63,159 nt of DNA, filler included, from Lenisia limosa (GCA_001655205.1; 13 parts of 13 records of this genome joined end to end with filler, not necessarily neighbours in it); one strand, 5' to 3'; shown: positions 13,001 to 27,300, counted from the whole stretch's first letter. Made by a program: numbers and translations. The notes: generated from the sequence alone by a model not told the origin.

Positions 13001-16000
13001 GGAGCAGAAAATAGCCATGCAATACCCCTGGTAGCAAGACTACAGAGATTAGAATTCATCTTATGTGAGACATTATTACAAGCCAGAATTTTCAAGGTAA
13101 ATGATCGCTAACCCTTTGTGAAGGAGGCCTGTGCCAGATTTGACCACTTCGGAATAGCTGGTTGCTAATGCTTGCCTTGATAATGACAAGGTATGACATG
13201 CAATAACCCTGGTTTGCTACCCCAAGCCATTTAATTGCAGTTTTTGAAGGTAAAGAGTTGTTCGATGTCGCTTACATAGCGTCTTCTTTGTCAGACGAGA
13301 GAACAGCCATTGTCAAAGTTCTTAACGCCTGGGCACTTGGAAGGGCTTCAGCTGCTTTAAGTCTTGCCGACTCTATTCAATGAGACAGTGCAATCAAGGA
13401 AAGAAGATATAGTACAAACCAAGTCTTGCGTAAGCGATGTCGATTGAAGACTCCTTATCCTTGTCTGTTCTCGTGTGTTGCTGGAAGTACTGAAGAGACC
13501 TATCCTCTTCTACGGGTGCCGTTTGTAGAAGCAGTGTAGCGCATGGTCCAACAAGTTCAGATGGAATGAGTGCTGCTGCAACCTGAGGGTAACATAAACA
13601 GGATAAATGAAGAGCTTGGATAAAGAAAATGCACCTTTTACCTTAAGTAGTTTCCTCAAAGTTCCAATGGCAATATTTCGTGACTAGGCGGTTAATAATA
13701 TGAATAGATACGTATATGTATGTACATGTACACACATATTTACAATGTATATGTTGAGTAGATACATAGTATTGTCATGGACAGAAGAAGAGAGGAATGC
13801 TTGCTTACGTCATCATCTCTATTTACTTCAATTGGCTCTCCAAGAAGGAAAGCAAATGCTGATGTGGCAGACTCCATAGTTCCTCCTAATTACATTACTT
13901 GAGAATATCGGAAAATGGTTCAATTCGTACAGCCGCAAGAAAGTGGATACCCCATGTGATAAAAAAAACTAACCCTCAGTTTTAGAACATGAACGTATGA
14001 ACGCCTTTTCAATGGTCTTCCAAGAAAGAGCAGCTGAAATCCGCACGGATTCCTGGGTAGTTATATTGCGATATTCACTTTGGATAAATATGAGTAGTAT
14101 GTAGGCCATCACATATGATAGAACTATCATATATCGATATATTGGAAGATATAAACTAGTATTTCATATGTATAGTATTTGTGTATGTGACACAATATTA
14201 TATTATCCATCATATACTTATATGATATGTACATAATATCATATATGATATACATGTTACTATTCTTGAACTTTAGACGAAAATTCAGTCTTTTTGGAGT
14301 GATGCACAAGTTATTTTTCATGATGATACCCAAAACGTCACGTTGTTCACTTACTTTTATATCGTCAAGACACTTAAAGACAACTTTCGCAATTTGGGGT
14401 GTTAGCGGCCCAATCTAGATACGTAAACTACATATTAGAATCAATTGAGCTTTGGGATACCTTTTCTGGAAGAAAAATAATCCAACAAAAGTCATGATCA
14501 GACCTTCCGCGATGGGTAGCTTTCAACAAGCTCAGCCAGGGCATGCATGGCTGATTCACGTGACCTCCACTACTTGGATAACGGGATTCGTTTTGCCATT
14601 TCAGGGCAAGTTCATAAAAGGTAGGGCACGAGACAAAGGCATTACACCCTTTTACAGCTTTATTCGTGGCACTGCTAAGTTGGAACTGAAGAATACTATC
14701 AAACTTCTCAGCCTATAAATAAAATATTCAGCGTTTAGAAGGCAGAAACGGTTTTGCAAAAAATATCACATTCCAAATACCAGCAGTTCTTTGGATGGAG
14801 CCAACGCGTTCCAGAGCTGTATCATGGATTTCCGGGTTCGTTTGGAAGGGTCATGCCGGAATCTATTAAAAATGAGAACAATCTGAACCTAATTAAATCA
14901 AATGCGATTCTACACATATCAAAACTTACCTGAAGAGTCGCGGGATGATGGCGTGAAGTGAGGAAGTCAGGTCTTCGGAACTTAAAGATGCGGCTCCGGC
15001 AGCAGCCAATCCAGCTTTAACAGACCTATTGTTTTTACAGGGCAGATAGTATGTTGCCTGCTGCTCACTATCCTGAAAAAAGAAAGCTGAATAATCACAA
15101 ACCATGATGCAGAGTCTCTTGTTAGGTCCATGAATTTGAGGATTAGCTGGTGAGTCAAATCAAAATATGTGTTTAGTATGAATGATTAAAAACCCCATTG
15201 AAACTCGCCAACAGATTCATCACCAGCGTCAGCAGCCAGTTTACAGAGATCTTTATAGGTCACAATGTCAGCACCGTCTGGGGAAACGCCGACTTCTCCA
15301 GGAGCAAAAAGTACAGTGTCTCCAGTGGTCTGTTGGATAATGCAATCAGCTGGTCATAATTATACGGATACCCTCCCGATCATGCCATTACGTACCTCAA
15401 GGTTTGCAGTTTTGGGAACCTTTCCTTGAAGAGACGAGACAAGAGTTGAAACCAAATGGTCCTACAAGATAAAAATCAGTCCTCAATATCTACCTTTGTC
15501 TCTGCGCTGGAGTGTTTGTACATGATACTGAGGGCACTTGAAGCAGCATCGTCACATGCGGCTGACGTGTTCGTTGTCAAAATGCTGTTAAGAACCTAGA
15601 TTATCAAACGAATTGGAGAAAAAAAGTTATTTTGTTTGCTCGAATAATAATTTGGAATTGATATTGTTGCTCTTAAAAATACCTTGGAAATGTATTTTCC
15701 TTCAGTAGAAGTCGGACGTTGGTCATGTTTGCACAGCATTATAACAGCCCCCAGAAAATAGAATGCCAATGCCTCTCGTGATGCTGGTTTTCCATCGTTT
15801 GCAAGCGCTAAAATGGTAAAGATTCGCAGATTCCAGCATACAGACAAGCTGCTTGAAGATTGGAATTGAGCTTTCCATTGGTTCTCCTTCAGCTTCTTCA
15901 TCTGAATGGTATGAAAGGTTGGTATAAATAATAACGGTGGAATGCTGAGTTCAAAAACAAAAACATAGACATCCATACCATTGAGAAGAGGGGACCATGG

Positions 16001-19000
16001 GGACATCACATGATCCACCTGAAATATAAAAATTGACAGAAAGAACCTAGGATGCCACACAACTCCATCAGCCCTAACCATGGTAGATTTTAGGCAGATT
16101 CGAATCAAACTGTTTCCAGTGGCGATGGAAATGTCTGGACGAGTTTTGCTGGGATACATCTGAGAAAGACGCAAGATCAGTTCCTAGATTATTTTAGTTG
16201 TATCGATATACGATAAACTAAAATAGCATAAGTGTTGTTTACCGCTGAAAGCTCCATGGGGGAAAACACTCCCAGCCAGGACAAAGCCTATAATGATTAT
16301 GAAAAGACCGTTCAAAAAAGAATAGTTTACAAAAACCAGTTGTACCAGCTCACAACAAGGCACGGTTCAGCAGCAGTGGATTCAACCTGATTTATTAGGA
16401 TGGAAGAGGGGAATTCAACAGGTATATTCAATGGGCGTTAATCAAGCATTATTACTTGTTTCGATACCTTGTGGAAAATCTAAAAGGAAACCATGATTAT
16501 TGTATCCAACCTTTGCAGAATGTTTAAGCATCATTTCCATCGATGGATGTAGTTTAGAACCGTCCTTTTCATCCAGGACCGTGAGCGAATTAACAAAGGA
16601 CTTTGGGGATAGTACGACACAAATTGCTGTTGCAGCAAGGACATCTTGGTTGTTTGATTGGAGGTTTACTGTGTAAGATTAGTTACCATGAATTTTTGTC
16701 AGTTCAGAAACTATATTGAGCAGTGAATGTTACAGTCCGCAAACATGAACAATGATGGACAAAGGTGTCTTGTAATGCTCGAAGCTCAGGCAATTGATTC
16801 ATCAACGACAAGATTACTCCAGCAAACAACAACGATCCACGAGTGGGAACCTAATATTATAATTGGGTATACCGAGAATAAAAAAAGTTATATTTACAAA
16901 ATATTGGGCAGTAATTTGAAGAGCCATTCAAACTAACTTGTTGCTGCAGTTGGGTAAGGAGCTTCTGCGAGAACTCACCCTATTGGTCAAAAAAAAAAAA
17001 GACTGTTCAAACTACTGTTGTTTGATAATACCTACCAATTCAGTTGAAGTGAGGAAAAGTAGGAGTAACCTTGAAAGTGCAATCGCCTTCATTGAGTATT
17101 CGGCTTGCAAAGGAGCTGAAGAACACACTTCATGTAATGCGTCTAATAATTGCATCTTAGTCATCTACACCATTAGCTTTGGAATGCCAAAACCATGATC
17201 GAACCATTGGTTGAGCTTCATTCAAAATGTTTAAGTCTCTGAAGAGTCGTGATCGAAGTTGTTCGATCGAAAAGAGATCCAACGCAAGGCTGATCGACTG
17301 GAGCTGAACTGCAGCTGGAGCCTGTGGGAGATTGTTAGGATGAAATAAAACAAAAGATAAACTATTGGTTAGTAACCCACATACATTGCTCTGAATGGCG
17401 GTGGTGACAACGGTAAATAGGTATTCTAGATCCAGAAGCAATGATTCCTGAAGATGTCAAAGTTTCTTGAATAGTCCAGAACAGATTATTGACAAAAAAC
17501 ACACACTCACATTTAGAGAAATAGTGTTGTTCTTCAGCAGCAATGACGAAACTTTAGCCACATTTCCCAAGGTTAACAGCGAGATTCGGCTTTTCACAGT
17601 AGACTGCTGTTCTTTCTGTGCAATAAATTTTATCAGAGGATAATGTTTGGTAAAAGAAGTGTATCTGGTATAGTATATATAAGTATATGATACTATGATA
17701 TGATATAGAATTCACACAAAATCACACAATATCATATTTGGCAATATGATATGATATGATAATAATAAACATAGAGTACATTATGAAATATTATCATATT
17801 CTTAGAAACACAACACCACATAATTCACCACCAACCTGGACTTGAGACACTTGAGGAAGAACAAAAGGCTCAGTAAATAGATAGCCCCTAAAGCGTAATT
17901 CGATCACAGATGGCCTCAGTTAATCTTAAAAATAACAATAATCACTTATTCATCAGTATCAATATTCCACTTTAAAATGTTCACGATCCTGTAATTAGTC
18001 AACACTTACTTCATTGTGTTGATAAAAGACTGGATACTTGGGAACCCGTCAACACTATCTGCTTCGTCAAGGGAGTAACACGTTACTGGCACAAGATCCG
18101 AATTGCATACAGTTCCTAGAACCCTAATCCTCGAGTCAAACCTAAAGGGAAACTCTCCTGTGCCACATCAGAGACGTATTTGTGTGTATCGGCTTCGAGT
18201 GAACAGAGTAGAAGGAGACGGATAGACGATGTTTTAGGAATTAAATGTGCCAAAATAAGAGCCGCTGATACTCTGCATTTCCAATGGGCCTATAACGTAA
18301 ACGTCGTCATATTGACTCCCTTGTGAATACGGGTGAATAAACAACCAACTGATGAGGCCATTTTGCGACATAAAGTGACTAGTGGTACCGTTTCGTGTTC
18401 GCTGAGTTCCCCGACTGTACGACAAAGTGCGGATAATGATGGACTAGAAGGTGATGATTCCACGAAGATGCGACAGTAAGGTCTAAGAAAACCCATTCAA
18501 CAAGGCTTTGCAAGGAAATAGTGTTCTAACAAACACAGAATCAAGAGTTCCAGTTGCAGCAGCAGTACACAGGAAAGGGATAATGTTCATGATTAAGTCC
18601 CTGAATCATAAGTACTGAATTGAATGATCAGAGTTTTTAGTCAGCTGGCTACATACGTTTTGTTTTTCATGACAACATCGGCGCATTTTAAGGCGATTGA
18701 AGAGAGCTGAGTCACCATAAACGAGTACATGTACGCTCCTAATAAAGCGTTAGCAACCAGATAGGCAACAAGCATTTCCATATGCTCCAGTTGAAAAAAT
18801 GCACCCCAACTCACTATCATTGGACTTAATCATCCTTGAGGTGGCTTCCCAGAGAGCTTCACAGAAAGGGTACGTATCAGTATCAGGGTTCTGATCAAAT
18901 AATTAGAATACAAATTAAAATCTTAAAAGAGACAACATATTGAGGTGCTTAATATCCAGACCTTATCCAGGATATGTACAGTGAAGGTCATTGCAGACTG

Positions 19001-20986
19001 GAGGACTTTTCTTGAGATAGCTCCACCTAGTTAAAATGAGTTATCACATTGAATCCAACGCTAACCTATGTGGTTTGAGGGAGGCGTTTGGTCAACACCA
19101 AAAGAAAGGCTTGGAGGTCTGTGAGGTAAAATCTACAGTACAAAGAATATTTCCAAGAAGTATTGAAATGAATTTCTCAAATACCAACAAACATGATTGG
19201 TTTTGGGGAAGACGGCTCTGGGGAGTTAAGAAGTGCGTCCAGTGCCACCTTTGGGGTAAAACGCATTGTATCGTGCTGAAAATAGTAATGATTCAATACC
19301 TTGAATGCCATTGGCGACTTCTTCACGAGAGCCGCTGACTGGGAACGAGAAAATACCTGGTCAAGCAGTATGGTTTTTGCCCAAAGAGGAGGTGCTGGCC
19401 TGGGTGTGATGAAGGGGGGAAAGTAAATCTATTCAATATCATATCATATATTCGACACGACAATATGGGAGGAGGTAATATTAGTACTTCAGACCTTTTG
19501 AGACATTCGAGTCCCGAAGTGTCTCCAGTGTAGACAGAGTAACATCTCTCAATGAACTGCAGAGTAAAATGGTAATGCGTGAGTAAATCCCTACGGTAAA
19601 TCTCTTTTGAATACTCATTTTGAACGAATACAAAACAGTCATCCACCCACTTCCTTGTCCTCAATTCCAACATCGTCTCGGATACGGCTCCAATAAAGGC
19701 CAGCAATGGCTTCACATTCAGACACACCGCATCCAAAAGCAAGAAGAACGGCAGGGGCCGCCCATGGCTGTGAGGGTAGCAGAACCAGAAGCCGAGACGC
19801 AGTAATCTGCGTAGATGTGGTATAAATTGGAGAAAGAAATAGGTAAGTCAAACCTTGGCCTTTTGCAGCACGTTAGAACTGATATCCTTAACGGCCCCTT
19901 GGATGAATGAACTCACAAAAACGCCGTTCCTGAGAAAATAATCATTCATGGTGACAAAAAAAAATATAACAAATGAATTAGTAATTTCATCGCAAACTGT
20001 TCAGTGAAAGGTCGTACGAAGAGGTTTTCAAGGAAATATCCAAAAGAAGTGGTGTCAAAGTGACAAGTGCTATCGGTAACTTGAATGTAAGGGAGAAGTC
20101 AAGAAATGTTGGATCAACAAAACAATTATCATTTACCTACCAAGTGACGACACGATACTCTCACTCAACTCCTTGTCAGACGCTGCCAGAGACTAAAGGG
20201 ACAGGATAAAGCAATTTATAATTACCGGATAAAATACAAGTGATACACTGGAAGATTGCACAATGTAATCAAAATGCTTTCAACCATACATTAATAATAC
20301 AAGACGCAAGGAACTCAAAAAGAGGCTTTTCGATGTCTGAAGAAGGGAGTTTGAAGAGATTCACCAACTCAGCAAGTATATCACCATGACTCTGGAATAT
20401 GAATTTATGGGTTGGTAACGTACTTTAGTTTTCTTGAATCCATTTTTCAATAAGGCAAGGTAAAGCTTCTGAGCAACTAAGGAAAAGTTAACAAATAAAC
20501 GGCAGGAAATTATGCAAAGTAATACCTACCAATGGTAGTTGATTGAACAGCTTTTTTGGCGAGGTTAGTTATAAGGGAAGGTGGCCAATTGGTACCTGAC
20601 GACTTCAATAAGGCAGCAAGGACTTTGCTTCCCTTGGAATATTAAGAATGTAGGACGGGGGATTGAACGGCTAGTGGGACCCATGTACCTTTTGCTTCAC
20701 TTGTGCATTTTTTGAGTTGAGCTGAATTTCCACAACAGGGATGAGAAATTTGTGGACAGTAGTTTCACTGAAAGAAAAATAATAAAGCAACACCAACAAA
20801 GCAACAAAATATCAAGAACATTAATAACTGAAAACGTAACATCAAAACTAACCATGCTTCTGGGCTTGAGGTGACAGCGAGAGCGGTGAGGACCCTACAG
20901 AATTACACATTGTTTGGAATACCATTTAATAAAATCCATACACACCTTTCAAGTCGTTGTAGATCACGAGCTGTTGTATCTTCCAT
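10100..20986 (-). CDS. ECM29: Proteasome adapter and scaffold ECM29 (HEAT repeats), dozens of short introns
   Basis: Start MEDTTARDLQRLE. Internal GEVGVSPDGADIVTYKDLCKLAAD, LHAIIPRLFR/FRHDPSKRTRKSMIQLWNAL, VFKCLDDIK, LKALRFGLKDSSPGVQASAA and GLGLYFPEV match ECM29 motifs (TYKELCSLA; PRLYRYQFDP...IWNAL; QDDIKESVR; GIRLYLQE). 3' end approximate. Confidence 0.88.
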
Positions 20987-21370
20987 GTTAAAATAATATC
21001 AATTTATGCTTTGTCATATATCAGAACATGGAATCAAAGTGAGGAGTTAACTTAAAAACAGTTCCTTCTTAACTTTATTTCTTCTTCTTTTTTCTCTTTT
21101 GTGTTAAAAAAAAAAGAAGAGTGGGGAGTGGGAGCTGAGTGGGTAGCAGGGGGTAGCATTGGGGATGTAAAGTGAGGTACTTATTACATTTGTAACATTA
21201 CTTACTTGTTACTATTGTCCCGAATAAGCAGGACGGAAGGAGACGCGCTGCGTGCTTTTAAGTTTTTAATTACACCAACAAGTAGTAAATAAGTAATAAA
21301 AAAAAAAAAATTAGGTTAGATGGGAACAGTTTGTTTATAGCTCAAGTTAGCCTTTGGAACTTTTTGCACA

Positions 21371-23770
21371 ATGGCAGAAGCGGCCTTGCTGCAGGTGGAG
21401 CACCAGCAAATAAGTGCTAGAGTAGATCTGGCAGGAAGAACATTCGAGGTTGGTTGATAGTATCCGTTCACGAAATGACTTACCACTTCTAGGCGTCAAC
21501 AGTTTTGCATATTGGAGTTCCGAAGTCACATACGGGCTTATTCAGGCTTCATTGTGAAGTAGAAGGTTACTCTTTTACATCCAGACCCGATCTCACCCTT
21601 TCAGAGGTCTCCTGTGTTGAAATCAACGAAACAGAAGTTCCATTCCAGTATCATGCAAGTAAGTCACGTAATTATGCTTCTGCTCCCATATTTACACTTA
21701 TCAAGCTTTCTGCTTGCTTTTTGAATATTTCTTTTGTAAAACCCCCTGCCTCTCTAATGTACACTATGTCTTAATTTTGTAGACCATACAACCACGTTCC
21801 CTGATTCAAAGTGTGTTGAAGATTATGAGGCAAAGCTACTTGAAGTCAAGGAGGTAGGAAACTGAGCCTTTATTTGTGATATTTGTTTAATTCTTATTTT
21901 TTAGGAACAAGATAAGGGCCGCCTTGTTATTAATGCAGAGGAAGTTGTGATTGCGATGAGGGAAGCCATTGAAAGGGAAAAAGAAGCGCAAGGTTTGTCA
22001 TCCGGGGGTGGGTAGTTTAAACATTGGAATGATATTCCTCATTCCACTTTAGCTGCACAACCATCTCCGATTGACATTGGCCTTCCTGAATCTCAGGATA
22101 GTTCCAAAGGTACACTGTAAATAAACAGTGGATGTAATAAAATGAACTGTTTTGGTGATTTGAATGAAATGATTTCATTTGTATCACTTTTTCACAAAAT
22201 ATAATCAGTCTAGAACACCCCAAGGAAGAACAGGAAAGCCCAAACAGGTTTGATAAGTGGTATTTGGGTAAAAAATACCACAATCATCCCGTTTTATTTG
22301 CTGTTCATTATTTAGGGACCCAAACTTCGACTATTTTGCAGTAATTATCTCCTATACTGCAGGGCCAAGCCCTGGACTCCAGTTCTATCCACCCTCTTCT
22401 GGTGAAGGGGAAGGGGTAATGTTCTTGTACCTCACTCTCACCCCCTCATATTATGAGATGCAATTGCGGCTGTTCGTGTCTAGCCTTTTTGGTTTCTGAT
22501 ATTCCAGACCCGTCCAATTTTATGGTCGGCTATCAGGCCAACCATTCCGGACATGGCGGGACCACTCCCGAGCCTTATGCTCATCATGTCTTCACGTCTT
22601 CACAACCAAATGCCGTTCGTCACTGGTTGCCTTGTGTTGACTTCCCTGGAACGTCCTATCCTTGGAACGTTGATATTGACACGCATGCTGAGTGTGCCAT
22701 TGTTGTTTCCGGTGACAAGGAAATGGATGAGGTATGAGGGTGGTTGCTGTTTCAAGTACCCCCCCCCCCATACCCGCTTATTCATCAAGGTTACCCAAAG
22801 CCTCCATTCGGCCGCTTTCGTGATCCCACCATGTCCTGCGTACCTTGTTGGCTTCTTTGTTGGGAGTTTCTCGGAGTTATCGTCAGTCAGTCAGGATGAG
22901 GAATCGGTCTGCTTCACAAGTTTGGCAATTGCAGACATTTATGATGGGTGGATTTGTTACAATCATAAAAGGTTTTTTTTTGTAGAAACATTAATGGCAG
23001 TATCACAGATATGAGTTGACTAACATTTTAGGGAGCCCATGAGGATTGTTCTCTGCGCTTTCTTCTTCCTGCCGGTCTGGAGGACCTTCAAAAGTCATGC
23101 CAGGACTTCACTGTAGATGTGGGTTACAGACTTTGGATGAGTATTTCTTGAGTTGTTGTACCAAGGTCAAAAAGAAAGGAGTTTGATTGTTTCCTTTCTC
23201 TCGAGGTTGCATTTCTATGAGATCACGTCATCATTATGGTTCACTCGTGTAGACTTTGAGCCAGTATTCGGACATCCTGGACCTCAACTTCCCTGTGTCA
23301 AGCTACTACCAAATTTTCGTTCCATGCCCCATCAGCTCTTTGTTGACGTTTTATGGAATTTCCATTCTCCCGTTAGCTTATTAATCATACTTCTATTGAA
23401 TTTATATAATATCATAACAATAAAACTATAGATATTGTCTTTTTTCAGTTCATTGTAGACATGAATGTTCGATGAACCTTCACCACTCGCAGATTATCTC
23501 TCCTTCATACCAATCATGAGCAAGACCAGTCCTTCATCACCCGCCCAATAATCGCTTATGCTATGGCGAAACAATGGCTTGGCGTCTATTTACGTCCTGA
23601 ATCCTGGTGAGGCTAATAGTGTTCAAATGCATGAAGTTTCTTTCTCTTGAGGACAAAACTAATCAATTTCAGGAGGGACATGTGGCTTGCGCATGGTCTC
23701 CCTGTTTGGCTGTCATACTTCTCGGTTGTCAAACTGTTTGGGCATAACCATGTCCGATTTGAGTCGTATT
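21371..23770 (+). CDS. TAF2: TFIID subunit 2 (inactive M1 aminopeptidase fold), 5' portion
   Basis: MAEAALLQVEHQQISARVDL; AVRHWLPCVDFPGTSYPWNVDI...IVVSGD; IPPCPAYLVGFFVGSF; TRPIIAYAMAKQWLGVYLRPESW/RDMWLAHG. HEXXH is replaced, as in TAF2. Truncated at scaffold end. Confidence 0.88.
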
Positions 23771-24384
23771 TGGTAGGTTCACGATTTCACATCGGTCATT
23801 GTTTTGTACCCATTACATGAATTCATTCGTTGATGAAATGAGAAGAGTGGATTGGTTTATATTAACCATAAAAGGAAATAGAAAGCGTTATTGAACACGA
23901 AATGGCACATGGTGATCGCACACGCCCTTTATCTCCATGTACTGAACATCATTTCGACTACCCTGTTAATTGTGATTCAACTGAGAAACTGCTTATCAAA
24001 AAGGTTTGTGCAAACATATCATATAATATATATGCTAGGCAACCTAAACTCCGTATTTTATTNNNNNNNNNNNNNNNNNNNNNNNNNNNNNNNNNNNNNN
24101 NNNNNNTTAATTAATTAANNNNNNNNNNNNNNNNNNNNNNNNNNNNNNNNNNNNNNNNNNNNAAATAGCTTCTCAGGTTAAAATTACGAGTCTTGATTAA
24201 ATCTATGAACTCTTCGCCTCGGTCGTATAAAGAGCAGGAAATGATATTTCTTTGTTATAGTAATCCTCAATAAACCCTCAATAAATCCTCGATTCAAAAT
24301 CCTTGAAAATTAGAAAAATCCTCCAATAATTAGATAAATTCTCGAATAAAATCGACGCCACATTTTAATAGCCCAGAGCGAGCC

Positions 24385-27300
24385 ATGACCGAGTCGACAA
24401 GCCTAGCTGCTGAGAGGTTTGGAACCGACTCCTATGAATATATTTCACTTTATTTTACCCTCACAGCCCCATGAAACCAGGCAAGGTCAAATACACACCT
24501 CTGGAGCAACAGTTTTTGGAGTTCAAGCGCCGCGTTCCAGATGCTGTTTTCGCTATTGAGGTAGGAGAGTGTTACACTACGGAGCATTGACTTGGAATTC
24601 TTTTGAGGAAGTTGGAATTCCCATATTTCACATGGTAATCCCATGGAAACCTGATGAAATTTATGGGATTCTCAATATAATTATAAGTAGGGCTTTACGT
24701 CGGTTNNNNNNNNNNNNNNNNNNNNNNNNNNNNNNNNNNNNNNNNNNNNNNNNNNNNNNNNNNNNNNNNNNNNNNNNNNNNNNNNNNNNNNNNNNNNNNN
24801 NNNNNNNNNNNNNNNNNNNNNNNNNNNNNNNNNNNNNNNNNNNNNNNNNNNNNNNNNNNNNTTGAGTTCTTTGGTATAGGTGTGATGGATGGTATGCTGG
24901 GGAGGCACGCAGAAAGCTGTGTTAAGGCAAATGATTGGGTGAATTAGTATTATTATACTCTAATCCAATATCTCTAATAAGCTTGATGGTGTCGACGGCA
25001 TCGGCCATGTACAACCTTGTTTTTTTTTTTTTTTTTTTTCNNNNNNNNNNNNNNNNNNNNNNNNNNNNNNNNNNNNNNNNNNNNNNNNNNNNNNNNNNNN
25101 NNNNNNNNNNNNNNNNNNNNNNNNNNNNNNNNNNNNNNNNNNNNNNNNNNNNCATTAAGGGGATAAGTAATTCTACAATTCGCTTTTACCGGTCCAAGGT
25201 GGGCTATCGCTACAAGTTCATGGGTGATGATGCCGAAATTGCCTCGAAAGTCCTCGATATTCAGCTCGGTCGTGCCGGTAACTTTTTCGCCACGTCCATT
25301 CCCACTCATCGCGTTGACGTTCATTGTCGAAGGTTGGCAAGGGGCTTGACGTTTATGAAATTGACACATGAATCCCAGTGGTACTATGAAAATGATTAGC
25401 AAACAGTTGAGCCTGCTCCCATTTGGTATCCTCCTCTATCTGTATCCATTGGTGTTATTATTATATATAAGGCACGTCACCTGACCGTGAACACTAATCT
25501 GACCGTGAACATCGGGCCTTCCTTTTTATTATTATTTTTTCACTTACAAGCGATGTCTCTCTAAAATTGTCCATTTTTATCCAATCAAAGGTCGTTTAGT
25601 AGCCAGTAGATTATCATCTGAGGAGAAAGCACAATAAATTCACTGAACTGCACTGCACTGAACTTTTCTCTTTATGTACACTCTATTATATAATATCTCA
25701 TATTGGCATTCGGTATAAAATCGCTTCCGTAAATCTGAGAAAGACCGATAAAATATCGATATTTATCGAAGATTTACTGAGCAAATCAGTTTTTGAATGG
25801 GCCTTTGGGAAGCCTCTATATCTGTTGGCAATTTACAGTTTTAGGCTGGTGTCGGCAGGCTATAAAGTCGGTATTGTCAACCAGACCGAAACGGCAGCTT
25901 TAAAGGTATTCCTGGCTTTTTTTTATAATGTTGCTATTATGGCTGCAAGAGACTCGAAATAGCCCTTCATCTTGTGATATTTCTCATTCTATACGTATTA
26001 CGTGTATCAACCCCCCACTACCCGACATACAGTGACCGCGATAAGTCTTGACACTAGTATTGAGCTTAATCTTTCTTCCTCAATACTCTCGCGCCCCTCG
26101 TAGCCCGTCACCACTCGCCTCTAAAATAAAAACCTAAACAAGCCATTTAATTCCTGACTAACTCATTAAGGCTGCAAGTGACTCGAAGTCACAGCCCTTC
26201 GTTCGTAAACTCACTGCCGTCTACACCAAATCTACTTTGGGTGGGGGGTATTTCAAGTTTTTATTTTGTTATTTCTAGGGTCTCCTAGAGTTAATTTTGT
26301 GCTTTTGTGTTCATGTATTCTCCTTCATTCAACGCCCATCCCCTCTTTTTTTTTGAAAATTTTTGAATCTGACCCCCCACCCCCAGCCCTATCTTCCCTG
26401 GAAGCACCACTCATGATGGGTGGAGGGTTCCTAGTTGCGGTACAGGAGAAATTGAATAACAACGGCGCATTGAACACTCCTGGAGAACAGGCTCGTTTTA
26501 CTATGATGGTGGGTCATTGTAATATGATACAGTACATATCGTTATGCTATATCAAATGTAATATCAATTTTTATAGCATATAAAACACACCCCGGAGAAC
26601 AGGCTGGTTTTACTATGATGGTAAGAGTCATCGTAATGTGCATATGATAGAGCTATTTAATATTGATAATATGTATACCATTGCATTTTATTATATGTAT
26701 TTTATGAATAACTGTTTACTCATTCATCATAATCATCATCACATCATCCTAATGTACCACATTCATCATCATCAAACCCCAGACTAGGCTCGTTTTTCTG
26801 GGCGTTGTTTGATTTCTCAAATATTGAGCCAACAGAGTTGACATTGGTGTTTTTTTTTTATATTTGAATCCTAATTGTTCCAATTTAACTATACCCAGGG
26901 GGTCCAGCCACACACAGGGGAGATTATATGGGACGAATTTGAAGATGATTTCTTGAGAACCTCCCTCGAAACCCGACTGAGCCAACTGCAGCCCGCTGAG
27001 ATGCTGTTGATGGTNNNNNNNNNNNNNNNNNNNNNNNNNNNNNNNNNNNNNNNNNNNNNNNNNNNNNNNNNNNNNNNNNNNNNNNNNNNNNNNNNNNNNN
27101 NNNNNNNNNNNNNNNNNNNNNNNNNNNNNNNNNNNNNNNNNNNNNNNNNNNNNNNNNNNNNNNNNNNNNNNNNNNNNNNNNNNNNNNNNNNNNNNNNNNN
27201 NNNNNNNNNNNNNNNNNNNNNNNNNNNNNNNNNNNNNNNNNNNNNNNNNNNNNNNNNNNNNNNNNNNNNNNNNNNNNNNNNNNNNNNNNNNNNNNNNNNN

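Noticed and set aside
10100-20986. GCN1 or importin identity for the long HEAT gene
   Set aside because: TYKDLCKLA, PRLFR-HDP-LWNAL and LDDIK match ECM29 specifically.
21371-23770. Active M1 aminopeptidase
   Set aside because: The HEXXH position reads AYAMAKQW, which is typical of catalytically dead TAF2.
24922-25155. Recurrent peptide LYMA(D/E)AV.TI.LI in several ORFs as a protein family
   Set aside because: It is the antisense translation of the dispersed non-TIR repeat (also at 35990-36214 and 55308 onward).
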